From an uncultured Alphaproteobacteria bacterium (lineage in GTDB: Bacteria; Pseudomonadota; Alphaproteobacteria; Methylaequorales; Methylaequoraceae), in contig CACODD010000003.1 of NCBI GenBank assembly GCA_902625895.1, forward strand, positions 1 through 62,099: 62,099 nt of DNA. Reading direction: 5' to 3'. Shown one piece after another: positions 34,567 to 44,387 of this stretch. The stretch's first letter is position 1, and every line of letters begins with the position of its first letter. The translations under genes were made by a program, and so were the position numbers. Below the pieces are notes generated by a model. The model was not told the origin of the DNA. It did no database searches and saw nothing but the letters and a program-made list of their open reading frames with translations.

Positions 34567-35206
34567 AATCATAAACGTTTTTATTATGTTATTTTTGGTT
34601 GTAAGTATTTCTAAAGCTAAATCTCCTGAAGAAATGATTAAAGAATCAATTGCAAACTATCCTGGAAAATGTCCATGTCCTTATTCGATAATGAGTAACG
34701 GCAAAAAATGTGGAAAAAGAAGTGCATATTCCAAACCTGGTGGTTACGAGCCATTGTGCTATGTTTCAGATATTACAGTTGCAAAAAATAATAGTGGAGG
34801 AATTCAAGAAAAGATAAGAATTATTGATGGAGATACTATCCATATAAATAAAATTAAATATAGACTTCACGGGATTGATGCACCTGAAATGAAGCAATTA
34901 TGCAAAATAAAAGAAAAAAATTACAAATGTGGGGTCAAATCAAAAAAATTTTTAGCTTCTCTGATTGGTAAACAATCAGTGAAGTGTAATCACAAAGACA
35001 AAGATAGATACAAACGAATTGTTGCTGAATGTTTTGCAGGTGAAACCAACCTTAATAAAGAACTAGTAAGAAATGGGTGGGCCCTTGCTTACAGAGATTA
35101 TTCCAAAGACTATGTTATTGATGAAGAATATGCTCAAGAAAATAATCTAGGTATGTGGAAAGGAACATTTATTCACCCAAAAAAATGGAGAAGAATTAAT
35201 AGATGA
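34559..35206 (+). CDS. Secreted thermonuclease (staphylococcal nuclease/SNase-like) with a Cys-rich N-terminal module
   Basis: Signal peptide, then CPCPY...KCGKRSAYSKPGG, then the SNase core IDGDTI..YRLHGIDAPE...GWA. Confidence 0.8.
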   Translation: MIKIINVFIMLFLVVSISKAKSPEEMIKESIANYPGKCPCPYSIMSNGKKCGKRSAYSKPGGYEPLCYVSDITVAKNNSGGIQEKIRIIDGDTIHINKIKYRLHGIDAPEMKQLCKIKEKNYKCGVKSKKFLASLIGKQSVKCNHKDKDRYKRIVAECFAGETNLNKELVRNGWALAYRDYSKDYVIDEEYAQENNLGMWKGTFIHPKKWRRINR

Positions 35207-35481
35207 AAAATATACAGGGCACTGATTTTCAAAAAATGGTGTGGTTAGAGATAACAAAAATTCCTAAAGGGAAAACAATCACTTATAAGAAACTTGCAAT
35301 GAAAATAGGTAAGCCCAAAGCCTATCGTGCTGTTGCTAATGCATGTGCTAAGAATCCATTATTAGAAATAATTCCATGTCACAGAGTTATTAGGGAAGAC
35401 GGAAAAATGGCAGGATATAAAGGAAAAAAGGGAATAGAAAGAAAAAAAAGACTTCTTAAAAGTGAAGGCGTAAAATTATAA
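35203..35481 (+). CDS. Methylated-DNA-protein-cysteine methyltransferase, short form (DNA-binding/active-site domain only)
   Basis: The IPCHRVI active-site motif is present. The 92-aa protein overlaps the previous stop by 4 nt. Confidence 0.85.
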   Translation: MKNIQGTDFQKMVWLEITKIPKGKTITYKKLAMKIGKPKAYRAVANACAKNPLLEIIPCHRVIREDGKMAGYKGKKGIERKKRLLKSEGVKL

Positions 35482-35566
35482 AAATGACGATACCAAGGAG
35501 AAGGAACTGCATTCATTCACGAGAAAATTTACAATAAACAAATTAAGTAATGCGTGTTTATTCATT

Positions 35567-35770
35567 TCATTTCTTTAAAAATATTAATATCAAACTAATA
35601 ACTACACTTACAACAATACAAGTCACTATTGGAAAATAAAAAGAAGAGTTTTCTTTTTTAATAACAATATCACCTGGCAATCTTCCAAATCCAATATCTC
35701 TAAAAAATGGATACAATAACCCGAAAACAATAAATAGTAACCCAATGATGATTAGCGACTTTTGAACCAT
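35567..35770 (-). CDS. DUF2905-like small membrane protein
   Basis: FGRLPGDI motif between two TM segments, 67 aa. Confidence 0.6.
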   Translation of the reverse strand: MVQKSLIIIGLLFIVFGLLYPFFRDIGFGRLPGDIVIKKENSSFYFPIVTCIVVSVVISLILIFLKK

Positions 35771-35832
35771 AATTTAATTTTATGCTTAAAAAATCATTTG
35801 AAAACTAAATTTGTATTTATTAATATTTAATT

Positions 35833-36126
35833 ATGAAAAATATAGTTATAATTTCACTTTTTCTAGGGCTTACTTCCTGTTCAAGTATCGATAACAAAAC
35901 AATTGGCAATACGCTAGGTGCAGCTGCAGGTGGAGTTATTGGTGCTCAATTTGGAGCTGGAACTGGCAAACTATTCATGACAGCTATCGGTGCTGGTTTA
36001 GGATCCTTGGTTGGTGGTGAGATAGCAGATGAATTGTCTGTAGACAAAGTAAAAAAGAAATGTGAAGAGTTGGGCTTTGAAGAAAACACTCCAGAGTTTC
36101 AAAATTGTTTAAATAAACTTAAATAA
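35833..36126 (+). CDS. Glycine-zipper lipoprotein (17-kDa surface antigen-like)
   Basis: Lipobox LGLTSC and glycine zipper GAAAGGVIGAQFGAGTG..IGAGLGSLVGG. Confidence 0.7.
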   Translation: MKNIVIISLFLGLTSCSSIDNKTIGNTLGAAAGGVIGAQFGAGTGKLFMTAIGAGLGSLVGGEIADELSVDKVKKKCEELGFEENTPEFQNCLNKLK

Positions 36127-36177
36127 ATATCTTATCATTGCTTGAGTTTTGTAATTTATATTCATATATGATTCTAT

Positions 36178-36801
36178 ATGATAAAATTCCTATCATCTTT
36201 AGTTATTACAATTCTTCTTTTGTCATGTGCAGTAGAAAAAGAAAAACTTACAGAAAATGTTGGTAAATATGTTCCACCAAATATTGATGATACTAATTTT
36301 AAAAATTCCGTAATTACTAATAAAAATTTTGACGAAACTTGGACCTCTGTACTTGATTTTGTAAATGATTCTTTTTTTAAAATCGAAGACCTTGAGCAAG
36401 ATCTTGGATTATTAACGTTATCATTTGGTTCAAAAGAAACTGAAAATTTTATAGATTGTGGTGATTTTGAGTATACTCTTTTTTTTACTGGTGAAGAATT
36501 TAAAGGTTCTTATATTGATTATGCTAAAAGCGGCTTACTGGCAGTACTTGAGGCAAAAATGAATATCAATATACAAAAAATTGATAACGAATCCACAAAA
36601 ATAAGTATTAACACAAACTATACATACTCAACACAACATGCACTTGGTTATTACGACCCTAAGCTTAACCAAACTTATAGTTTTGAATCAGGAGGCTATC
36701 AAACCATAGATGTTATCAATCCTATTAAAGGAAGTATTCCAACACGAACCTGTAAATCAACTAACTTTGCAGAGACTGCAATTTTTAATGCAATTAAGTA
36801 A
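36178..36801 (+). CDS. Lipoprotein, hypothetical
   Basis: Lipobox LLLSC, 207 aa. Confidence 0.55.
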   Translation: MIKFLSSLVITILLLSCAVEKEKLTENVGKYVPPNIDDTNFKNSVITNKNFDETWTSVLDFVNDSFFKIEDLEQDLGLLTLSFGSKETENFIDCGDFEYTLFFTGEEFKGSYIDYAKSGLLAVLEAKMNINIQKIDNESTKISINTNYTYSTQHALGYYDPKLNQTYSFESGGYQTIDVINPIKGSIPTRTCKSTNFAETAIFNAIK

Positions 36802-36845
36802 GGTTTCTAAGTAGTTTTTAAAGAAGTTAGTTTATAAAAAAAAAA

Positions 36846-37094
36846 TTAGACTAGATTTTCATCTTTAGGTGATGATGGAACTTTTTTTTCCCACTCAAAC
36901 TCTTCAATATGTTTTTCCATCTCTTGAAATATATTTTGAATCTCATTAAACCCATCACCAACAAATCCTACGAACTGAAAAATAGGAATTAGAAACATAA
37001 CAATGGTTAAAATAATAATTATGCTAATAGGAATGAATATGAGTTTAAATGCATTTCGTTCAAACCATTTGAATATTTTAAGCAAGTCTTTCAT
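36846..37094 (-). CDS. Small membrane protein, hypothetical
   Basis: 82 aa with one long hydrophobic segment. Confidence 0.4.
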   Translation of the reverse strand: MKDLLKIFKWFERNAFKLIFIPISIIIILTIVMFLIPIFQFVGFVGDGFNEIQNIFQEMEKHIEEFEWEKKVPSSPKDENLV

Positions 37095-37258
37095 AAAATT
37101 AACTGGTTGCTACTAGTGTTAAATTTTTAGAATAGTTGCATTAAAAAAATTAAAATTAAAAAAAATAAAACTCACCCTAAAAGCGTTTTTCCTTATTTAA
37201 TTAAACTTTAATATTAATTAAAATTCAAGATATCACTACTTTATCTGTCTTAAAAACT

Positions 37259-37459
37259 TTATTTATCCCATGGAAACCATCGTGGTTTACCAAAAAATAA
37301 ATACCATAATAATGCGGGAAAAGATGAGAAAATAGCTCCGACGATAAAGAGTAAAAGTAAACCTGCCTCAGCATTGTTAAATGCCATAATCAAAATAAAT
37401 CCCACTATCCAAAAAAGATAATGTGTAATTATCATAAATCTTTCAAAAAATTCTTTCAT
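37259..37459 (-). CDS. Small membrane protein, hypothetical
   Basis: 66 aa with two hydrophobic segments. Confidence 0.4.
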   Translation of the reverse strand: MKEFFERFMIITHYLFWIVGFILIMAFNNAEAGLLLLFIVGAIFSSFPALLWYLFFGKPRWFPWDK

Positions 37460-37634
37460 TATTAATTACACTTTCCGTACCTTGTTACTGTAACCTTTTT
37501 TTCATGCTAAATAATAATAAATTACATACACAATGAATGTCTATATAGAAATTTTGGTGAGGTCTTTAATTTGTAGCCCCAGTGTAGTCTAAACTGATTT
37601 CCATGAATGTAGGTTTTATGAAACCCTTGGTGAG

Positions 37635-37710
37635 TGGTGCCGCTTGAGAGATTTGAACTCCCGACCCACTGATTACAAATCAGTTGCTCTACCAACTGAG
37701 CTAAAGCGGC
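37635..37710 (-). tRNA. tRNA-Thr (anticodon UGU)
   Basis: The reverse complement GCCGCTTTAGCTCAGTTGGTAGAGCAACTGATTTGTAATCAGT...AAGCGGCACCA folds as a cloverleaf. The anticodon loop is TTTGTAA. Confidence 0.9.
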
Positions 37711-37749
37711 ATAAGAAATCAAATTACATAAAAATTATTTTTTTTCAAC

Positions 37750-37989
37750 CTAATTTTGTGGAGGCTCAAATGGCAACTCGTCTTCAACATTATTCTCATT
37801 AGTCTCCATATTTTCGTTATTATTTGGATTGACAAAAGAACTAGGCGTGCACTGCTTCATTACAACTTGAGCAAAAAGAGATTCTTTACATTTTACCCAT
37901 GGTGGTGCTTCTCTATTTCTTCCAAAATAAAATGAACTTATCGTAAGAATTAATATTAAAACTGAGATTATCCACATACCTCTAGACAT
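37750..37989 (-). CDS. Small membrane-anchored hypothetical protein
   Basis: 79 aa with an N-terminal TM. It begins 2 nt after the panD stop. Confidence 0.5.
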   Translation of the reverse strand: MSRGMWIISVLILILTISSFYFGRNREAPPWVKCKESLFAQVVMKQCTPSSFVNPNNNENMETNENNVEDELPFEPPQN

Positions 37990-37991
37990 GA

Positions 37992-38390
37992 CTATATTGA
38001 AACCACATTATTACGTTGAATAGGAATTGAAGATTTAATTTTATCAATGATATTAGAATCATTTTTGAAATAAATAAGTTTTGGAGTGTGTTTTTTAATA
38101 TCTTTCTTGTTTATCTCTGCATATGTACAGATTATAACTTTATCGTTTTTGTTACCCTTAAAGGCAGCAGCGCCATTGAGTGTGATTATACCACTTCCGC
38201 TTTCAGCTTTGATGGCGTAAGTGGTGAATCTTTCTCCATTTACTAAATTATAAATATGAATCATTTCATATTCTGAAATATCAGCAGCATCTAACAATTC
38301 ACTATCAATTGCACATGAACCTTCGTAATCAAGGTGGGTATTTGTAATTGTTGCTCTGTGAAGCTTCGATTTTAAAATGCTAATTTTCAT
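37992..38390 (-). CDS. panD: Aspartate 1-decarboxylase
   Basis: KLHRATIT..LDYEGSCAID (Gly-Ser self-cleavage site) and FTTYAI are present. The start is moved to the second Met (MKISIL) by comparison with the PanD N-terminus. Confidence 0.95.
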   Translation of the reverse strand: MKISILKSKLHRATITNTHLDYEGSCAIDSELLDAADISEYEMIHIYNLVNGERFTTYAIKAESGSGIITLNGAAAFKGNKNDKVIICTYAEINKKDIKKHTPKLIYFKNDSNIIDKIKSSIPIQRNNVVSI

Positions 38391-38454
38391 AAATGTAACT
38401 AAAAACATAATGATGATGGATAATCAACAAAAAATATAATATAATATACTGTTT

Positions 38455-40272
38455 ATGAAATTAAGAAGATGGCAACAAAAAGTAATTGATGAATTTCCTG
38501 AAATTACAAAAAATTATAAGAAATTTATCTTAAAAGCTCCAACAGGTGCTGGCAAAACTGTTCTAGCAAGTGAAATAATCAATAGATTTTATAAAAATAA
38601 AAAAATAGTTGTTCTTTGTCATAGATTAGTTTTGTTAGAACAGCTTGAAAAAGGGTTATCTACTGATCACAAAGTTAAAAAACTTGGTCTATCTGAAGAG
38701 GGGACTCCATTTGATAATTATGACGTTTTAATTTCTACAAATTTAAGGTCCAGAGATTTCCTTCAAAATGCAATTAAACATTGTGATTTACTTATTATTG
38801 ACGAGGCACACAGGGTTTCTCCTAATGGACAAGCTTACAAGGAATTACTTGATCAATTTGACAAAGAATCTGCAGAACAATCTAAACTTCTTGGTCTAAC
38901 GGCCTCTCCTGAGAGAAGAACGGGTGATCAAAAAGATCAATTAGGTTTAGCATTTGATGCAATAATAGATTGTGCTGACATAGAGGAGTTAATCAAAGAA
39001 GGGGTCCTTGTTCCAGCTGATTATAGATCGTTTTTTATTCACGATTTAGAACTCGATAATATGGATATTTCCACGGGCGATTTTCCAATAGAACAATTAT
39101 CTAATGCAATCATTAAGTCGTCAATGATTGAGTATGCCATAAATATATATCTTGGAGAAACAAAAAAAATGAAAGACAAACCTATTTCTGCATGGTTTTG
39201 TCCAGATATTTTAGTTGCTGAGGAAACCAAAAAGCAGGTAGCAGATAAAAATCTCAATGTTGAGTTAATAACAGCTAAAACTCCAATTAAAGAGAGATTA
39301 GAGATACTAAAAAAGCATGAAGTTGGTGATCTTGAGTGTTTGATTTCTGTAGGAGTTCTCTCTGAAGGGTGGGATAACCCAAATTGTAATATTATTGTCC
39401 ATCTAAGGCCAACTTTATCAAAAGTATTTTGGGGACAATCAGTTGGACGGGGTTTAAGGTCGGCTGAGGGAAAGACTAAATGTTTGGTTATAGATGTAAG
39501 TTCAAACTTCACAACGTTTGGCCCTGTTGAACAACTAAAGTGGAAACTAATGAATCATCGAAAATCCTACTTAGAATTTAAAAATAGATTTAATTGGGTA
39601 AGTAAACAGCAATTTGTAAAAGACAGAGATTACACGTATTTACTCTGTGAAGGACCCAGTGACACTGGGAAAAGATGTTCACTTGTATACAAAAAAAAAC
39701 AACTTTCAGACGAGGCATGTCCGATATGTAAGTCTTATGCTTCAACAGATCTTTATAAAGATAATAAGATTGAAAAACCTAAAAATGATAACAGTCTTCA
39801 CAAAATCTTTTTTGAAAAAGTACCTAAAATTTTTGAGGATATGAATAAAAATATATGGCAAAATATGGAATCTACAGCTTGGCGAGATGCTAATATTTAT
39901 GAAAAACTGTTCTTAACATTTTGTTTGGCTTTTGACTTTGTATCAGGTGAAATGACTAATTCTGAACATGAGTTCTGGAACTTAACCTTGGATGCTGAAA
40001 AAAAAATACGAGAGTTTTTATTTAAAAAAGAAATTACTATTCCACAGCAGGAAGAATTTATATTTACTACATTAGCAGACGGATTAAGTAAAGGCAGAGT
40101 GATAAGACCAGTGCAAACAAACTATGGTATTGCTTTATGTGGTGAAAATTTTGTTAAAAATTCAAGTGACGAAAACGAAAGAAAGTTTCAAAAGGCTTTA
40201 CAAGTAATTGAAAGAATTGCTGCGATGGGTGTAACTAATACAGAGGAACTACCATACTATAAGATAAACTAA
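38455..40272 (+). CDS. Superfamily-2 DEAD/DEAH-box helicase (restriction-enzyme Res-subunit-like core) with a zinc ribbon and an uncharacterised C-terminal domain
   Basis: APTGAGKT (motif I), IIDEAHRV (II), GLTASP (III) and QSVGRGLR (VI) are present. CEGPSDTGKRC...CPIC follows, then about 170 aa with no recognisable motif. Confidence 0.75.
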   Translation: MKLRRWQQKVIDEFPEITKNYKKFILKAPTGAGKTVLASEIINRFYKNKKIVVLCHRLVLLEQLEKGLSTDHKVKKLGLSEEGTPFDNYDVLISTNLRSRDFLQNAIKHCDLLIIDEAHRVSPNGQAYKELLDQFDKESAEQSKLLGLTASPERRTGDQKDQLGLAFDAIIDCADIEELIKEGVLVPADYRSFFIHDLELDNMDISTGDFPIEQLSNAIIKSSMIEYAINIYLGETKKMKDKPISAWFCPDILVAEETKKQVADKNLNVELITAKTPIKERLEILKKHEVGDLECLISVGVLSEGWDNPNCNIIVHLRPTLSKVFWGQSVGRGLRSAEGKTKCLVIDVSSNFTTFGPVEQLKWKLMNHRKSYLEFKNRFNWVSKQQFVKDRDYTYLLCEGPSDTGKRCSLVYKKKQLSDEACPICKSYASTDLYKDNKIEKPKNDNSLHKIFFEKVPKIFEDMNKNIWQNMESTAWRDANIYEKLFLTFCLAFDFVSGEMTNSEHEFWNLTLDAEKKIREFLFKKEITIPQQEEFIFTTLADGLSKGRVIRPVQTNYGIALCGENFVKNSSDENERKFQKALQVIERIAAMGVTNTEELPYYKIN

Positions 40273-40278
40273 GAAGTG

Positions 40279-40569
40279 TTAGTTAGGTTCGTAAATGCAA
40301 ATTAAAGTGAAAGCGCTACCTCTTTTATGTATAATATTAACTTCATCTTTTGTTATTATTGTATGCTTAAGGTTACATAATTTTACAATCAATTCCTCTT
40401 CTCTTACTTTTATGTCAAAATAAAGAAGTAACTTATCACCTTTATCGCATATTTTTAATTTTTCTTGAATTTCATTTTCGGATTTAATGATTGGTGGTTT
40501 GCAAATCTTTTTTGCTATACTCAATTTTGATGTAAGTAAAATAAAGAAAATTATAAAAATTTTTTGCAT
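40279..40569 (-). CDS. Small secreted Cys-containing hypothetical protein
   Basis: 96 aa with a signal peptide. Confidence 0.45.
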   Translation of the reverse strand: MQKIFIIFFILLTSKLSIAKKICKPPIIKSENEIQEKLKICDKGDKLLLYFDIKVREEELIVKLCNLKHTIITKDEVNIIHKRGSAFTLICIYEPN

Positions 40570-42239
40570 TATATTATTGCAGAAACCTTACCCAAATGTT
40601 TTGTTAACTTCATATTTTCACTATAATCGACAGGAACACCTATTATTGCCGGACCTTTTTGTTTAAAAGCTTCATTAAGAGCTGGTATGAATTGGTCTGC
40701 AGAGTGCACCTGTTTTCCCCACATACCAAAAGATTTTGCTAACTCAAGAAAATTTGGATTATCAAATTTAAGATCAGAATGCTCACCTTTAAATTGAACT
40801 TGTTGTTTCCATTTTATTAATCCGTATTCACCGTCTAACCAAACAACAGCAACAATATTTATTTTCTTTCTTACAGCAGTTTCTAAATCTTGTACATTCA
40901 TGAGGAATCCAGCATCACCATTTACTGAGAGAACTTTTCTATCTGGAAATGCCATTTTTGCTCCAATTGAACCAGGAAGAGCAAAACCCATTGTACAAAA
41001 TCCGTTGGAGATTAGACATGTATTTGGATTGACACAATTATACTCTCTAGCAACCCACATCTTATGAGCTCCAACGTCTGAAAGGATAATATCATGTTCG
41101 TCGAGTACTTTCTTTATGTCTGCCAAGACTCTTTGTGGTTTCATTGGAAATGAGTTATCTTCATTATTTTTATCTAAATGATTTAACATTTTTGATCTTA
41201 ATTTTTTTCTTGAATCGATGTTGAACAATGGTAATTGACTTCTAGAAACTTTATTTATTAAAGCTAAATTGAGTTGATATAGAGCGCCTGCTAAATCTGC
41301 AATAATTTCAACGTTAGGAAGATAGTCTCTGTCTACTTCTGCGGGAGTATAATCAATGTGAATAATCTTCTTTTCTCTCCCCTCAATTCTATTCCATGCT
41401 GACGGGGAATATTCAACGAGATCGTAACCTACAGCAATTACTAAATCTGATTCGTCAATTGCCAAATTGTTGTAATCACCACTTCCAAGTCCAATAGTAA
41501 ATAGGGAATGTTTGTCTTTGAAAGAAACTGATCCTTTGCCCATAAAAGTATTGATTACTCCGATTCCTAAGTTCTCTACTAACACTCTTAGTCTGTTAGA
41601 AGCTCTTTTACGTATGGTTCCGTTACCAGCTAGGATGATTGGATTTTTTGCATCCAAAATAAGATTAAGTGCCATTTCAATTGCCCTATTATCAGCTGCT
41701 GGTCTTCTTATTAAAGACGGTTTGATTGGTGTATCTTTTATTTCTTCTTTTGCAATATCCTCTGGAAATTCAACAACGGTTACGCCTGGTTTCTCGGTTT
41801 CAGCGACCTTAAAAGCTTTTCGTACTACTTCAGTAATATTTTTAGGGGACAATATTGTCTGCGCCCATTTTGATATCGGGTGAACCATGCTTATTGAATC
41901 CATAATTTGGTGACTTTCTTTGTGAAGTCTATTTGTAGATCCTTGTCCAATTATTGCTACTACTGGGGATCTATCCATGTTAGCATCTGCTAACCCTGTC
42001 ATAAGGTTAGTCACACCAGGACCAAGTGTAGATAAACAAACTCCTGCTTTACCAGTTAATCTCCCGTATGCATCGGCCATAAAAGCAGCTGCTTGTTCGT
42101 GTCTACATAAAATAAATTCTATCTTTTTACTTTTTTTTAAGGAAATCATAAAATCAGCATTTTCTTCTCCAGGAACTCCAAATATCCGAGTTACCCCTTC
42201 CTCTTCAAGACATTTTACGAATAATTCTGATGCTTTCAT
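40569..42239 (-). CDS. Thiamine-diphosphate enzyme, catabolic acetolactate synthase (AlsS)-like
   Basis: GVTRIFGVPGEEN, RHEQAAAFMADAYGRLTGK and the ThDP motif GDAGF...N are present. AGGAG precedes the Met at 42239, so I prefer that start over 42257. Confidence 0.8.
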   Translation of the reverse strand: MKASELFVKCLEEEGVTRIFGVPGEENADFMISLKKSKKIEFILCRHEQAAAFMADAYGRLTGKAGVCLSTLGPGVTNLMTGLADANMDRSPVVAIIGQGSTNRLHKESHQIMDSISMVHPISKWAQTILSPKNITEVVRKAFKVAETEKPGVTVVEFPEDIAKEEIKDTPIKPSLIRRPAADNRAIEMALNLILDAKNPIILAGNGTIRKRASNRLRVLVENLGIGVINTFMGKGSVSFKDKHSLFTIGLGSGDYNNLAIDESDLVIAVGYDLVEYSPSAWNRIEGREKKIIHIDYTPAEVDRDYLPNVEIIADLAGALYQLNLALINKVSRSQLPLFNIDSRKKLRSKMLNHLDKNNEDNSFPMKPQRVLADIKKVLDEHDIILSDVGAHKMWVAREYNCVNPNTCLISNGFCTMGFALPGSIGAKMAFPDRKVLSVNGDAGFLMNVQDLETAVRKKINIVAVVWLDGEYGLIKWKQQVQFKGEHSDLKFDNPNFLELAKSFGMWGKQVHSADQFIPALNEAFKQKGPAIIGVPVDYSENMKLTKHLGKVSAII

Positions 42240-42260
42240 TTCTTTTCTCCTTTGCAAATC

Positions 42261-43640
42261 TCATTTTCTTAAAACTAACATTTTATCTATTTGCATGTCA
42301 TGCATAGAATATTTCATACCACCGATTCCGTGACCAGAGTTTTTAAGACCAGCAAATGGCATCCAGTCCACCCTAAATGCTGTATGATCGTTATGAAAAA
42401 CTGAAGAGGCGTTTATTTTTGCGTAGAATTGTAAAAGCTCATCTATTTGGTTTGTAAAAATTGATGTCTGAAATGAAACATTTACTGAATTAGCATCACG
42501 AATAGCGTTTTCTAAATTTTCATATTCATTAATTGTTACAACTGGACCGAATACTTCAAATTGAGAAATTTTATCTTCCTTTTTTGGGTTTAAAATTATG
42601 GTTTTGTCATACGTAGATTCAGATAAAATTTTACCTCCTAAAATCAACTCTGAACCGTTTTCAATTGATTCTCCTACCCATTGGTTCACACGTTTAATTT
42701 CGGAGTTTCTAATCAATGGACCTACAACTGTTTTTTTGTCCATAGGATCGCCTAAATGCACTTTTTTGACTTCTTCTTTAAATTTTTCAATAAAACTATC
42801 CGATATAGTTTTGCTTAAATATATCCTCTGAACTGATACGCAAACTTGACCAGCATGGTAAAAACCTCCTCTTGCTATACTCTTTGCACACAAATTTAAA
42901 TCGCTATTTTTTGTGATAAAGGTAGGTGCCATTCCTCCATGCTCAAGAGAACAACGTGTTCCAGGTGCTAATTTAGAACGTAAGAACCATCCAACTTTAC
43001 TTGAACCAATAAATGAAAAAAAATCTATTCTTTTATCTGAAACTAACTTTGTAGCTAAATCTAAATTTTCAGGCATTACAAAGTGACATCTATTTTTTGG
43101 CAAACCAGCTTCATATAGCATTTCAACAATTTTAAGACAAGATAGTGGAGTATCTTCTGCTGGTTTAACAATTACGGGACAACCCACGGCTATTGCTGGA
43201 ATTACTTGATGAATAATTAAATTAAATGGATGGTTAAATGCACTTATCGCAAGTACTACACCAATTGGTTCTTTTTGTGTAAATGCAATTCTATTTGAAG
43301 AAGCTTCGTTTATATTCATTGGAATAACCGAACCACTCTCTGATTTTAAAACTTCTATGCAAGATTCAACACCCTCAGCACCCCTTTTAATTTCAATTAT
43401 TGAGTCGGAAATTGGTTTACCACCCTCAGATGTTGCAAGTTCGGCTAAACTTTGAGAATTTTCTTGTATAATTTTAATAAAATATTTTAAAACATTAATT
43501 CGTTCTTTGGGAGGAAAATCTTCACCCTTATTAACAGAAACCCTGCAAACTTCTTGAACAATATCCTCAATTTGTGAGGAGTTATGAGTTTTAACTGTTC
43601 CCACAGTTTCATTGTTCCAAGGAGATTTAACTTCAAGCAT
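42261..43640 (-). CDS. Aldehyde dehydrogenase family protein
   Basis: About 460 aa. VIVKPAEDTP, LEHGGMAP and GQVCVSVQR are at the positions of the ALDH Glu/Cys active-site motifs. Confidence 0.85.
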   Translation of the reverse strand: MLEVKSPWNNETVGTVKTHNSSQIEDIVQEVCRVSVNKGEDFPPKERINVLKYFIKIIQENSQSLAELATSEGGKPISDSIIEIKRGAEGVESCIEVLKSESGSVIPMNINEASSNRIAFTQKEPIGVVLAISAFNHPFNLIIHQVIPAIAVGCPVIVKPAEDTPLSCLKIVEMLYEAGLPKNRCHFVMPENLDLATKLVSDKRIDFFSFIGSSKVGWFLRSKLAPGTRCSLEHGGMAPTFITKNSDLNLCAKSIARGGFYHAGQVCVSVQRIYLSKTISDSFIEKFKEEVKKVHLGDPMDKKTVVGPLIRNSEIKRVNQWVGESIENGSELILGGKILSESTYDKTIILNPKKEDKISQFEVFGPVVTINEYENLENAIRDANSVNVSFQTSIFTNQIDELLQFYAKINASSVFHNDHTAFRVDWMPFAGLKNSGHGIGGMKYSMHDMQIDKMLVLRK

Positions 43641-43723
43641 ACTATTTATTATTTACATTATGAAAAGATTAATTTTATAATAGACATTGTTAATTACAAC
43701 AAAATATTGAATAGGACTAATAA

Positions 43724-44209
43724 ATGCCATCTTTCGACATAGTATCAAAAGTAGATATAGCTGAAGTAGACAACGCACTAAATGGAGCAATGAGAGAAAT
43801 AACGAGCCGATATGATTTTAAGAATAGTGAATCAAAAATAATAAGAGTTGACAATCAAATTGAACTGATGGCTGAAGATCAATATAAAATAGATCAAGTT
43901 CAGCAAATTTTTAGAACCCATCTTGTCAAAAGAAAGCTTTCATCTGGTTCTTTTCAATTTTCAAAAGTAGAGGATGCGAGGGGAGGAATGTTAAGACAAA
44001 AATCTCCAATTATTCAGGGAATTGACAAAGATATTTCTCAAATCATAAATAAAACGATTAAAAACTCTAAGCTTAAAGTTCAGGTTTCAATTCGAGGAGA
44101 TGAACTTAGAGTTTCAAGCAATAAAAGAGACTTACTTCAAAAAACTATTGAAATGACTAAAGAATTGGATTTAAAACAACCGTTACAATTTATTAATTTT
44201 AGAGATTGA
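43724..44209 (+). CDS. yajQ: YajQ-family nucleotide (c-di-GMP)-binding protein
   Basis: MPSFDIVSKVD..EVDNA......RYDFK is the canonical YajQ N-terminus. The protein is 161 aa. Confidence 0.9.
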   Translation: MPSFDIVSKVDIAEVDNALNGAMREITSRYDFKNSESKIIRVDNQIELMAEDQYKIDQVQQIFRTHLVKRKLSSGSFQFSKVEDARGGMLRQKSPIIQGIDKDISQIINKTIKNSKLKVQVSIRGDELRVSSNKRDLLQKTIEMTKELDLKQPLQFINFRD

Positions 44210-44387
44210 ATTGGCATAAATATTTCATAGGATTTGCATGAAAAAAAAAGACGATACATTTAAAAAACTATTGGATAATTCCACAAATACTTTTGTTGAT
44301 AAGTTAGCATCACTAAAATACGTAAGTAAAAAAGATTCTAAGCTTTTATCATCTGTTGTTTCAGGAATTTTAAAGAAAAAAAAATAA

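Noticed and set aside
37554-37634. 8-nt direct repeat TTGGTGAG flanking 73 nt next to the 3' end of tRNA-Thr, as a possible att remnant.
   Set aside because: The repeat is too short, does not include the tRNA 3' end, and no integrase or cargo lies between or beside it.
37522-37722. 66-aa minus-strand ORF.
   Set aside because: It completely overlaps tRNA-Thr, and its translation (AALAQLVEQLICNQ...) is simply the tRNA read as protein.
39039-39512. Long antisense ORFs inside well-supported genes. Further examples are 41512-41883, 41977-42333, 42598-42831, 47552-47923, 52920-53264, 55231-55503 and 57823-58170.
   Set aside because: Each lies wholly within, and opposite to, a gene with strong family motifs. 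None has start signals or recognisable motifs.
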